Origin: Acidimicrobiales bacterium
Lineage (GTDB): Bacteria; Actinomycetota; Acidimicrobiia; Acidimicrobiales; Bog-793
Assembly: GCA_050014835.1 (NCBI GenBank)
Contig: JBEKCO010000004.1
Span: forward strand, 1 to 62,308
Direction: 5' to 3'
DNA: 62,308 bases
The notes under the pieces are model-generated. The model had not been told where the DNA came from. It saw only the letters and a list, made by a program, of their open reading frames with translations, and did not search any database. Made by a program: the position numbers and the translations under genes. Each line of letters starts with the position of its first letter. The stretch's first letter is position 1. Shown here one piece after another: positions 7,666-16,613 of this stretch.

Positions 7666-10067
7666 CCCGCCTGCCCCTTCTCGTCGGTCGGGTGCGGCGC
7701 GCTCAGCTCGTGGGGGGCCGGCGAGCGGGGACCGGTCCGGCGCATGGCGATGGCGAGGGGGACCCACGGGCCGCCGCGGGCCCGCTTCCACTCCTCGATC
7801 GGCCAGCCGCGCCGGCGGGCGATCGAGGCGAGCTTCGGTTCCGGGTTCACGACGACGGGGAGGCCGGCTGCGTCGAGCATCGGCAGGTCGCTCGTCGAGT
7901 CGGCGTAGGCGACGGTCCGTTCGAGGTCGAGCCCGTGGGAGGCGGCCCACTCGCCGAGCATGATCGCCCGCGCCTCGCCCGTCGGGGGCGTCGAGACGAG
8001 CTCGCCGGTGAACCGGCCGTTCTCCTCGCCGAGGGAGGCGCACACGATGTCGTCGAAAAGGGGCCGGAGGGGCGCGATGACGAAGTCGAGCGCCCCGGTG
8101 ATGAGGAGGGTCGGATGACCGAGGGCGCGGTGGGCCCTCACGCGCTCGATCGCACCGGGGAAGGCCCGCGTGAGCAGCAGGTCGCTGAACAGTTCCCAGG
8201 AGTCCTCCCGGACCCGGTCGACGGGCGCGCCCTCGTAGCGCCGGTAGAACGAGCGCAGGAAGTCGCTGCGATCACGACGGTCGATCGCCAGCAGTCGCGG
8301 CCCTTCGAGGATGAGCTCGGCGGCGAGCTGGGCCCTGCGGAGCGGGGCGAGGTGGCGGGTCGCGAGCCAGCCGTAGGACTCGACGACGTTCGAGTTGATG
8401 AGGGTCTGCTCGAGATCGAACGCCGCGCAGCGGGGCTCGGCCGTGAGGATCCGGCGCCGGGAGCGGTCGTCGCGCTTCTCGGTGACGCGCCTACCGGGCG
8501 AGGTGCGCACCCGGGCGTGGGTGACGATGGAGGGGAGGTGGATCTCGCGCACGTACTGCGACCACTCGAGCACCGCCGGGTCGAAGCAGAAGGCCTTCTG
8601 GTCGACGGGGTCGAGCGAGTGGTACAGCTCGAGGGTGCGGTCGATCCGGAAGCGGGCCTCGGTCTCGGCGTACGACCCGTAGAGCTCGACGTAGGCGAGG
8701 GCGCGTTCCGCGAGCTCACGACGTTCCTCGACGCCGAGAGCCCGCTCGGCGAGGTCCCCACGGATCGGGAGCCGCTTGACGAAGCGCTCCGCGAGGCGGA
8801 GCCCGGTCGACGCCCGGCGCAGGTCGGCCTGGACCTTGCCCCGGCCGGGGAAGGACCATTTCGGCACCACGATCGGTTGGCCGTGACTGTCGTAGATCGG
8901 GTGCTCGGTGAACCACCCCTCGCAAAGCGAGACGAGCTTCCCGTAGCGCAGCGGGTTCCGCACGCCGGACGCGATCTGGAACACGCTCTCTTGGGCCGGG
9001 CCCGGCCCGCGGGCCGCGACCGCGATGATCGCCGCCGCGACGAGGTCGACGGGAATCACGTCGACGATCCCTTCGGGCACGCCCGGGAACTGTCGCAGTA
9101 AGCCCCGCGCGTACGAGATGATCACCGGCTCGGCCATCCGGAAGCCGCGGATCCAGCCCGGTACGGGGTCGGCGAGCGAGGACTCGACGATCGAGGGTCG
9201 CACGACCGTCACGGGCAGGTCCCGCTTCGAGGCGGCGAGCGCCACCTCGCCGAGGGATTTCGTGAAGGCATAGGCGTCAGGCCAACCGAGAGCCTGGGCG
9301 CGCGCCCGCCCGAGCTCGACGAGACGGTCGGTCACCCAGTCCACACGCAAGCGCTCGGTCCTTTCGGCGAGGAGCGCCGTCCCCGCCGCGCCGATCTCGC
9401 CGCGGGCTGCCTTGCGAAACTTCTCGAGCTGGGCGGGGGTGCGGCTCGCGGCGTCGGCGTCCGAGCGGGCCCGGCGGGCGGCGTCGACCTCCAACCGCCA
9501 GTCCGGCAGCGCGATGTACGGGCTCTCCGAGATCGGTTCCTCGAGCGCATCACCTCGGTGGCCGCTGCTCACGTAGGCGGTCGAGACTGAGATGAGATGG
9601 GGGAGGGCTTGTCCCCGCGGCCGGTGTGAGGCGACGAGGTCGTTCATCGTTGCCGCGACGCGGGATGGTCCGAGGAGATTGACCTCGACGGCGCTGTCGA
9701 TGGGCGCGTCGAAACTCACGGACGCCGCAGCGTGGACGACGATGTCACAGGAGGCGAGGACCTCTCTGTCCTTGTCGCCGAGACCCAGCCCGTCGGTCGT
9801 CACGTCTCCGGCGACCGTCGTCACACGACGCGCCACGGTCGCTTCGAAGTCGTCACCGAGCTCATGGCGGAGCCGGTCGAAGCAGTCGTTGCGGATGATC
9901 TCGCGGGCCGTGCGGTCAGCGGCGTTCTGGCGCCGCCCGGGCCGCACGAGGACGACGATCTGGCATTCGGGCACGCAGCGCAGGAGACGCTCGACGAGCG
10001 CGGTGCCGAGGAACCCTGTTGCGCCGGTGATGGCGATGCGCTTGCCGGAAAGATCGTCGGCGATCAC
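7662..10067 (-). CDS. Fatty acyl-CoA reductase (male-sterility/NAD_binding_4) fused to a HAD-IB hydrolase
   Basis: ITGATGFLG, HAAASVSFD, YAFTK, RPSIVES, DVIPVD; C-terminal FDLEQTL, ITGALD, AYADSTSDLPML; start GTG 10067 inferred. Confidence 0.88.
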   Translation of the reverse strand: MIADDLSGKRIAITGATGFLGTALVERLLRCVPECQIVVLVRPGRRQNAADRTAREIIRNDCFDRLRHELGDDFEATVARRVTTVAGDVTTDGLGLGDKDREVLASCDIVVHAAASVSFDAPIDSAVEVNLLGPSRVAATMNDLVASHRPRGQALPHLISVSTAYVSSGHRGDALEEPISESPYIALPDWRLEVDAARRARSDADAASRTPAQLEKFRKAARGEIGAAGTALLAERTERLRVDWVTDRLVELGRARAQALGWPDAYAFTKSLGEVALAASKRDLPVTVVRPSIVESSLADPVPGWIRGFRMAEPVIISYARGLLRQFPGVPEGIVDVIPVDLVAAAIIAVAARGPGPAQESVFQIASGVRNPLRYGKLVSLCEGWFTEHPIYDSHGQPIVVPKWSFPGRGKVQADLRRASTGLRLAERFVKRLPIRGDLAERALGVEERRELAERALAYVELYGSYAETEARFRIDRTLELYHSLDPVDQKAFCFDPAVLEWSQYVREIHLPSIVTHARVRTSPGRRVTEKRDDRSRRRILTAEPRCAAFDLEQTLINSNVVESYGWLATRHLAPLRRAQLAAELILEGPRLLAIDRRDRSDFLRSFYRRYEGAPVDRVREDSWELFSDLLLTRAFPGAIERVRAHRALGHPTLLITGALDFVIAPLRPLFDDIVCASLGEENGRFTGELVSTPPTGEARAIMLGEWAASHGLDLERTVAYADSTSDLPMLDAAGLPVVVNPEPKLASIARRRGWPIEEWKRARGGPWVPLAIAMRRTGPRSPAPHELSAPHPTDEKGQAG

Positions 10068-10089
10068 GACGCCGGTACCGATCGCAAGG

Positions 10090-10734
10090 TCAACGCCGAC
10101 GCGCCGAAGCCCGGGAGCGACGGGGCGGCGTGTATCGCTTCGAAGGTTTGGGTGGTCCGGCGGCCCAGGGCGAGGTCGACTTCGGCGCGCGCGACGACCG
10201 CCCGCCAGCGGCGATCTCGGCACGTTGGCGGCGCACCATCCGGAGCAGGAGCCAACCCCCGAAAACAAGGAAGATGACGCCGAAGAGGTCGCCCCCGCTG
10301 AAGAGCTCGAAACCCATCATGAAGCTCGCGATGCCGACCAGCGAGGCGCGTCGGAAGATGATTCCGCCGAACATGATGGCGACGAGGATGAGTCCGGCGA
10401 TGAAAAGCTCAAGCGCGTCCGCACGGACCTTCGTGAGGGTGGAGTGGCGGTTGACGAAGTACGCCGCCGCCACCAGTCCGAGCGCGAGGACGGACGCGGC
10501 GACGCTGAACCGGTGTTCACGTTCATCGAGGATTCCTGCGGCGGGCCGATCCGTGGGCGCGGCCGGACCAGTCGCCCGTGCCGGCGCCCTTGGGAGCCAC
10601 GTACCCGGTGAGCGCCAGGAGACTGTCCGGCGGGGGGACGACGCGTCGTTCACGATGTCGTCGTTCGCGTTCGGCGAGGCCGGGGCGCGTCCGTCAAGAG
10701 GGCGGAGCTGACGGTCGGGCGGTTCCGCGGTCAC
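10090..10734 (-). CDS. Hypothetical membrane protein (about 4 TM) with a basic tail
   Basis: Hydrophobic segments followed by PPKPSKRYTPPR; start uncertain. Confidence 0.65.
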   Translation of the reverse strand: MTAEPPDRQLRPLDGRAPASPNANDDIVNDASSPRRTVSWRSPGTWLPRAPARATGPAAPTDRPAAGILDEREHRFSVAASVLALGLVAAAYFVNRHSTLTKVRADALELFIAGLILVAIMFGGIIFRRASLVGIASFMMGFELFSGGDLFGVIFLVFGGWLLLRMVRRQRAEIAAGGRSSRAPKSTSPWAAGPPKPSKRYTPPRRSRASARRR

Positions 10735-10881
10735 CTCACAAAGGGTAGTTGCGAAGGCGCCATGGCATGGAATGGGACGAGCGCGCGCCGGCAGCTGGAT
10801 TGTCGCGCAGGATCCCAGGGGCGACGGTCCGCGGGAGCACGGGGTCGTGGCGCCGGGGCATGGGGTTAGCATTCCGGAGTC

Positions 10882-10955
10882 GGGCGCTTGGCTCAGTTGG
10901 TTAGAGCGCAGCCTTCACACGGCTGAGGTCGGCGGTTCGAGTCCGCCAGCGCCCA
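10882..10955 (+). tRNA. tRNA-Val(CAC)
   Basis: Acceptor GGGCGCT/AGCGCCC, D-arm GCTCAGTTGGTTAGAGC, anticodon arm CAGCC-TTCACAC-GGCTG, T-loop GTTCGAGT; full CCA not encoded. Confidence 0.97.
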
Positions 10956-11195
10956 CCCGAGTCCGGCGGGAGAGAAGGACGGAAACCGCAACGGCGCCGG
11001 AATGGCCACGCCCACGGATCGGTGGATGGGTAGGTGCGAGGGATTGGCGTGGCCGATGGAGTGGCGGGTCCCGGTCGGCGAGGGTGGGGCTAGGGCCGGA
11101 GGCGACGGCGGCCCGTTGGGGCCGGCCGGCTGCTTACGGGTCGGGGCGGAATAGGCGGTTCCTGCGCAGGTCGCCGGCTCCGTCGGGATAGCCCT

Positions 11196-11630
11196 TCAAG
11201 CGGCCACTTCTGCCGCTAGCACCTCGGCCTGCTCGATGACGAGTGCCACGGCTGCCCCCTGCCTGTCCGGCGGATAGTGGTACTTGGTAAGGAGCCTCCG
11301 GATTCACGACCGAAGCAGTGCATGGACTTGCTCCTTCTTGTCCCACTCGACCGTCGCATTCGCACGGACGACCGTGACCAGCTCCTGAGCGATCTGCTTC
11401 AGCACGTCGTCGCCCAGTTCCATGACAGCCGAGTCGTTCTGGCACACGGCGTCGTAGAACACGAGCTCGTCGTCACGAAGACCGAGGGCGGCCCCTCGCT
11501 CGTGCTCGATCTTCATCTCCTTGGCGAGTTCCACCAGCTCCGCAATGACCTCGGCTGCGGTGAGCGAGCGGTTGTTGTAGGCCTTCATGGTCCGCTCCAG
11601 CATCTCTGAGAACCGCCGCTCGGCGACGAG
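11196..11630 (-). pseudogene. hsdR: C-terminal remnant (DUF3387-like) of a type I restriction subunit HsdR
   Basis: RFSEMLE..YNNRSLTAAEVIAELVELAK..ELVFYDA..ATVEW..LLRS*IRRLLTKYHYPPD..AVALVIEQAE; in-frame TGA at 11306-11304; rest of the gene absent. Confidence 0.85.
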
Positions 11631-12459
11631 AGCAAACCGAGAATACGAGGAGCTGCGCAACGTCCAAAAGCGCGAGCGCGAGCACGAAACGAAAGGCCCT
11701 GCGGCCGTCGCGAGCGTGTCCGGCGTGCACTGCAGCCCCGCCGAGGGCGAGCGATGCCGCGAAGCTGAGCGTGCCCATGATGTCTGGACGACGAGGCGCG
11801 AAGCTGACCAGCCCGGAAGACAGCACCAGGAGTCCTCCAGCAAGCGCAAGACTTTTCTCGAGGCTGAGACGCTGAGGCAGACCGAGGACCCCGAGAGAGC
11901 GGTCAAGCTCACGGTCAGGCAGGACGTTCAACAAGTGCGCGGCAACTCCGAGGGTTCCGGCCGCTACTGGCGCCCACGGCGGTGGGAAGGAAGCGTTTTC
12001 TCGGCTCAGCTGAACGAAGACCGGAAGCAGTGAGAAGGAGAGAGCGTAGGGGACAAAAGAGGCCGGCGTGGACTTTAGGCCGGCATTGTAAGAGGCAGCG
12101 CTGAGCACGGCTGCGAGGTGCGTCAGGCCGCCCGTTCGCCCGTTAGCAAGTGATGCCGGAACACAACAGATCCCTGCAAGCACCGAGGCAGCTCCGACGA
12201 GACTCTCGGTGACTTCGCCGTTCGCGATCGGCTTGTCCCGTCGTCCTGCGAGCTGGTCGCGTACCGCATCAGTCCAATCGTTTTGCCATCCAATCGCGAG
12301 CTGGCCCGAGGACACCGCGAGACCGACCCGAATCGCCTCCCGACGGGTGCACCCGATCGCGAGTGCATAGCCGACGGCAGCTGCACTCACCGCGACCACT
12401 GGTCCGGGATGAGAGGCGCGCGCGAGACCGACGACCGAACGCGTCGGGCCAGGAGCCAT
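11473..12459 (-). CDS. UbiA family prenyltransferase; 3' end runs into the hsdR remnant
   Basis: LARASHPGP, GWQNDWTDAVRD..RRDKPI, HLLNVLPD..D motifs; multiple TM helices. Confidence 0.85.
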   Translation of the reverse strand: MAPGPTRSVVGLARASHPGPVVAVSAAAVGYALAIGCTRREAIRVGLAVSSGQLAIGWQNDWTDAVRDQLAGRRDKPIANGEVTESLVGAASVLAGICCVPASLANGRTGGLTHLAAVLSAASYNAGLKSTPASFVPYALSFSLLPVFVQLSRENASFPPPWAPVAAGTLGVAAHLLNVLPDRELDRSLGVLGLPQRLSLEKSLALAGGLLVLSSGLVSFAPRRPDIMGTLSFAASLALGGAAVHAGHARDGRRAFRFVLALALLDVAQLLVFSVCSRRRAAVLRDAGADHEGLQQPLAHRSRGHCGAGGTRQGDEDRARARGRPRSS

Positions 12460-12588
12460 TGCGACGACTTTGTTGACTACGCGTTCACGTTTGGCTTGGA
12501 CTGAGGTTGTCACGGGTAGCGACGCTAGGTGGTGCGCAGCTGTGCAACATAGAGCGCGAGCCCCGGTCCGAAAGAAAGAGATAGTGGG

Positions 12589-13140
12589 TCAGTTTGAGAC
12601 GGAACCGTGATCGGGCTCCTTTCGCCATTCGACCGGTTGGCGGAGAATGTGGCCCGTGAGGGGGTCGGTCACTGACTCCGGCAGTTGACAGTCTTCGAAG
12701 TGCGAGCGCACCAGGTGGAACGAGGCCGAGGCGGCGTCGTTTAGCTCGTTGGACACGCGCTTGGGCGGGCACGCGATAATCACGCGTCGATTCGGATACC
12801 GGAAAGGGATCTCCTTTACGACGGGAACCTGATCGCTGTCACCCGAAATCAGGAGCGCCGCGTCGTACAGGCCGTCGTAGGCGTCCCCGAGCATGTGGAC
12901 GGCGATGCTTACGTCGGTCTGCTTCTCTTCTCGACGGTCCCACTCTTTTCCACACGACTCGCATTGCACTGGATTCCAGATGAAGTTGCCGTAGACGATT
13001 TCGATGTTTCCGCGAGCCACTAGGGCATCAAGATAGTCCGATTGCCTCTGCACGCTGCCCTCTGGCCATCCGACGCGGGACGTGAAGTATGTGACCGCAA
13101 CCAACTCTTGAGACGACTTGAGGATGTTTGCTGCGAGGGC
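12589..13140 (-). pseudogene. NYN (LabA/DUF88) domain ribonuclease, N-terminally truncated
   Basis: YFTSRV, EEKQTDVSIA, LISGDSD motifs present; the first catalytic (Y/F)xDGxN strand is missing and replaced by low-complexity sequence. Confidence 0.75.
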
Positions 13141-13517
13141 CGGGAGCGCCGCCGCAGGCGCTGACAGCGGCGGACGAGCTCGGGCACCTCGGGTGCCGGG
13201 GGAGCCCCGGACCACTCCCACTCGTTCACGGGCTCAGGGGGAGCCGCGCCTGGGCTCGCTCAGGCCGGCCCGTTCCGTTGGGTCGTCGACCGCACGCAGC
13301 CACTCACTGCGTTGGTCGCGCCTTCGATCTCCGCGCGCGGCCGGCTCAACCACACAGCGTGGTCATTCTGCCACCAAAAGTGAGCAACATGTGCTAGATC
13401 GAACTATCTGTGAGTCCGGTTACGCGGCTGTTGACTAGTGCCGCGGGTGCCGTTGTGCACCCGACATGGCTGCGTACGTGTCTGTCCGGGTGCCAGGTCT
13501 GAGGGGAGGATGCCTCC

Positions 13518-15470
13518 ATGCCCGCCCGCATTCCGAACACTGACCACAGAAAGTGGTGGCACGGAGAGTGGTCGTCTGTCGCGACCACGTCAGTGACCCA
13601 CCACACTGCGCCCCGTGCACGCCGCAACGGGGCGCATCGCCTCCTCGCCACCGGCATCGCGGCGACCGCAACCATCCTGGCCTGCCAGGCAGGCTTCGTG
13701 GGTGTCGCCCTCCCCGCTGCCGTGGTGCGGCCGAACCTGCGCACCGCGTTGGGACTTCCCCACAAAACGCGGCCGACTGCTACCGCGCCTCGGATCACGA
13801 TGCAGCCCGTCACGGTCGCCGTCGCCCTTGGAGCGCGGGCGCGTTTCGAGGCGAAAGCGTCGGGCTCACCGATGCCGCGAGCGCAGTGGCAGGTGTCAAA
13901 GAACAGCGGGAAGTCCTGGGCCCGCGTTCCCGGCGCGACGTCGGAGATGTACTCGGTCGTTGGCAGCACGTCCCGGGGTGGTGAGGAGTTCCGAGTCGTC
14001 TTCCACAACCCGTCCGGCTCTGCGATGACCAAGGCCGCCTCGCTCCGGCTGACAGGGGCAACGAAGGACCTCGCGGGCACGTCGGCAAACGCCCTCAGGA
14101 TCGTGTCGACCTCCTCCCCGCAGCACAGGTCGAGCTCCGGGGGAGGGTCCGGCTCAACGGGAGGGTCCGGCTCATCGGGAGGGTCCGGCTCAACGGGAGG
14201 GTCCGGTTCGACGGGCGCTGCAGACCAGGCTCCGGCTATCACCACGCAACCGCAGAGCTCGACCGTCACCGCTGGAGCGACGGTCAGCTTCGTCTCGTCG
14301 GCAACCGGGACTCCCGTTCCGACGGTCGCCTGGCAGGTGTCGACGAACAGCGGAGGGACCTGGACCGGAATCACGGGCGCGAATTCCGACACGTACTCCT
14401 TCGTTGCATCGGTCTCTCAGAGCGGAGACGCGTTCCGCGCCGTCTTCACGAATGTGGCGGGTTCGGCGACGTCTGACGCCGCAACCCTCGCGGTCACGTC
14501 GCAGGTCGTCTCGGGGGGTGGCACGATCATCGCTGGAAACTCCAAGGCGAACTGCATCTACCTCAACGCGGTCAACGGTATCCTCACCGCCGCCGAGCTG
14601 AGTCAGGTGGAGGCGACGACCGGGGTCACCTACAACTGCATCGAGGAGTTCGCAGACGACGATCCACAGTGGTCGAACTGGGTAAACCCGTGGCTGACTG
14701 CCACCGTGAGCGACGGTTGGGACTCGTGGCTCGCCGCCTCGCCGAACCATCAGCTGGTGCTCGGGCTGAATCTCGTCCCGAACAGCGTCTCGCCGTCCGG
14801 GGACCCGACGAACACGGCGTGGGAGGCGGTCTGTGCCTCCGGTGCCTACGACCAGTACGCCGTGACGCTCGCGCAGAACCTCGTCGCGGAGGGCGCGGGG
14901 AACTCGGTCATCCGGCTCGGCAAGGAATTCAATGGGGACTGGGAGAACGACTTCGTCGGCAATCCCACCGACTCCAACTACTCGACGGAGATTGCGAACT
15001 GGGACGCTTGCTATCAGAACGAAGTGACCGCGATGCGATCCGTCTCGGGCGAACACTTCCTGTTCGACTGGAACCCCAACACCTGCATCACGGACTTCCC
15101 GTTGGCGCAGGGATACCCCGGTAACGCGTACGTCGACATCATCGGCGCCGACCTCTACGACGCCGACTGCCTCTCGGGCGATTCCGCAGCGGTTGAAGGT
15201 TGGAACGCGTTGTACACCCTGGATGGAAACAGCCAGGTGAGTCTCTCGGAGATCGTCGCTTTCGCGGAGGAAGAGGGCAAACCGCTCAGCATTCCCGAGT
15301 GGGGCGAGGTCTCCGGAGACGACAGCGCGTACATGAGCGGTGTCATCAGCGTCGTCCAGGACAACGACGTCGCGTACCAGAGCTACTTCGACTGCGACTG
15401 TGACTCGATCCTTCCGCTCGGATCGACGATCCCGGTGTCGACGGCCTTGTTCAACAAGGCGTTCAGCTAA
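13518..15470 (+). CDS. Secreted Ig-like-domain (x2) + GH26 glycoside hydrolase (beta-mannanase-like)
   Basis: Two APxITxQP...WQVS Ig-like repeats; IRLGKEFNGDW, YPGNAYVDIIGADLYD, KPLSIPEWG; hydrophobic N-terminal segment; start uncertain. Confidence 0.85.
   Translation: MPARIPNTDHRKWWHGEWSSVATTSVTHHTAPRARRNGAHRLLATGIAATATILACQAGFVGVALPAAVVRPNLRTALGLPHKTRPTATAPRITMQPVTVAVALGARARFEAKASGSPMPRAQWQVSKNSGKSWARVPGATSEMYSVVGSTSRGGEEFRVVFHNPSGSAMTKAASLRLTGATKDLAGTSANALRIVSTSSPQHRSSSGGGSGSTGGSGSSGGSGSTGGSGSTGAADQAPAITTQPQSSTVTAGATVSFVSSATGTPVPTVAWQVSTNSGGTWTGITGANSDTYSFVASVSQSGDAFRAVFTNVAGSATSDAATLAVTSQVVSGGGTIIAGNSKANCIYLNAVNGILTAAELSQVEATTGVTYNCIEEFADDDPQWSNWVNPWLTATVSDGWDSWLAASPNHQLVLGLNLVPNSVSPSGDPTNTAWEAVCASGAYDQYAVTLAQNLVAEGAGNSVIRLGKEFNGDWENDFVGNPTDSNYSTEIANWDACYQNEVTAMRSVSGEHFLFDWNPNTCITDFPLAQGYPGNAYVDIIGADLYDADCLSGDSAAVEGWNALYTLDGNSQVSLSEIVAFAEEEGKPLSIPEWGEVSGDDSAYMSGVISVVQDNDVAYQSYFDCDCDSILPLGSTIPVSTALFNKAFS
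14142..14213 (+). repeat. 18-bp tandem repeat x4 encoding a Gly/Ser linker
   Basis: GGAGGGTCCGGCTCAACG unit, giving GGSGS(T/S) x4. Confidence 0.9.
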
Positions 15471-15544
15471 GGGGCCGTCGCCCGCGAACCGCTGACGGCT
15501 CGGAGCGTCGACCTGTTCGTCGGGGGACCGGCGCGAACTGCAGG

Positions 15545-16399
15545 TCAGGCCGCCTTCCCTGTGCGGAGCCGATCGACCAGGTCGAGCAGATCGGTTTGGT
15601 CGCTGGAGAACTTCCTGGCGAACGCGAAACGCCCGCTCCGGGCCTCACGGATCAGGTCCTCCGGGCTGAGAGGAGCCGGGTGCGCACTGCCAAGCCATTT
15701 CGCGTAGGTGGGCTCGCACCCGACCGATGAGGAATCGAGGAACTCCGCCACGACGGTGTGCCAGAACGCCTCGTCGGGGCAGTAGGTGTGGGAGAAATAG
15801 CGGGTGAGGGCGCGATCGTTCCGAGCGACCTCGGCGGCGTGCTCAGCCGTCCGGCGGGTGAACGACCACCACGCGGTGCCGGCGAAGAGACGCCTCCCGG
15901 CGAGCGGGGTCAGCGGGTCGAGCCGGCGGCCAAACCGCCTATTGAGCGCGCTCGAGACCACGACGGCAGGCGAGTGGGGATGGGGGTAGCCCGATCCGCT
16001 CCAGCGGCGTTCGTAGCGCCAGGCGTACTTGTGCGTCTCGGCGTTGGGTGCCGGCACGATCTCCAGGCGGTCGACGGGCGCCAGTTCCCAGCTCGCGAAC
16101 GCTGACGGCGCCAGTATCGGGTAACACTGGCCGCTGATCAAGGTGCAGCGGGAAACGGTCGCGTCGCCGAGCGCAGCTTCGAGCAAGCGTGCCGTCGCTT
16201 CGACCATCGTCCAGGAGCCCCAGTTCGGCTCGAGCGGGTCCGAAAGGAAGCGGATATCGCGGGGGCAGCTCGAGAACGGTGCAAGATCTGCTCGCGCGTC
16301 GATGTGGGCGTACACGAGCGCATCCGCGGGCAGCGAGCCGACGAGGCGGTGGAACATGGCGGGATCCCGGTGGGCGATGATCAGGTACGCAGCGGTCAC
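15545..16399 (-). CDS. GT14/core-2 branching-type glycosyltransferase
   Basis: AYLIIAH, HID, WGSWTMVEA, LISGQCYP, GTAWW, CPDEAFWHT, FARKF; GGAGG RBS before GTG 16399. Confidence 0.88.
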   Translation of the reverse strand: MTAAYLIIAHRDPAMFHRLVGSLPADALVYAHIDARADLAPFSSCPRDIRFLSDPLEPNWGSWTMVEATARLLEAALGDATVSRCTLISGQCYPILAPSAFASWELAPVDRLEIVPAPNAETHKYAWRYERRWSGSGYPHPHSPAVVVSSALNRRFGRRLDPLTPLAGRRLFAGTAWWSFTRRTAEHAAEVARNDRALTRYFSHTYCPDEAFWHTVVAEFLDSSSVGCEPTYAKWLGSAHPAPLSPEDLIREARSGRFAFARKFSSDQTDLLDLVDRLRTGKAA

Positions 16400-16613
16400 G
16401 AGGCCTCCGGCTGAGAGCGCGCCGACGGCGTACAAACTAGGGTCGCGCCGCCCGATCCCGTCCAGTCCGGTCGGCAATGGCACCGGCGACCAGGGATATC
16501 GGGGTGCTGGCCCCAGAATTGCCGCCGTTAGGATCGCCCCGAGTGGCGAATTGGCTCTCGCCGTCGCCGCGGGCGGGCCCCGCTGGGGCGAAGATCGTGA
16601 CGGGGGGCGGGCG

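Noticed and set aside
11304-11306. Programmed readthrough or selenocysteine at the in-frame TGA
   Set aside because: It falls at a position expected to be a basic residue in a gene already missing most of its length; a simple nonsense mutation is the likelier explanation
13380-13415. SOS box upstream of the GH26 gene (TCGAAC at ~13399)
   Set aside because: There is no GTTCG right half-site
14142-14213. CRISPR-like array
   Set aside because: Contiguous in-frame 18-bp units with no spacers; no cas genes in the window
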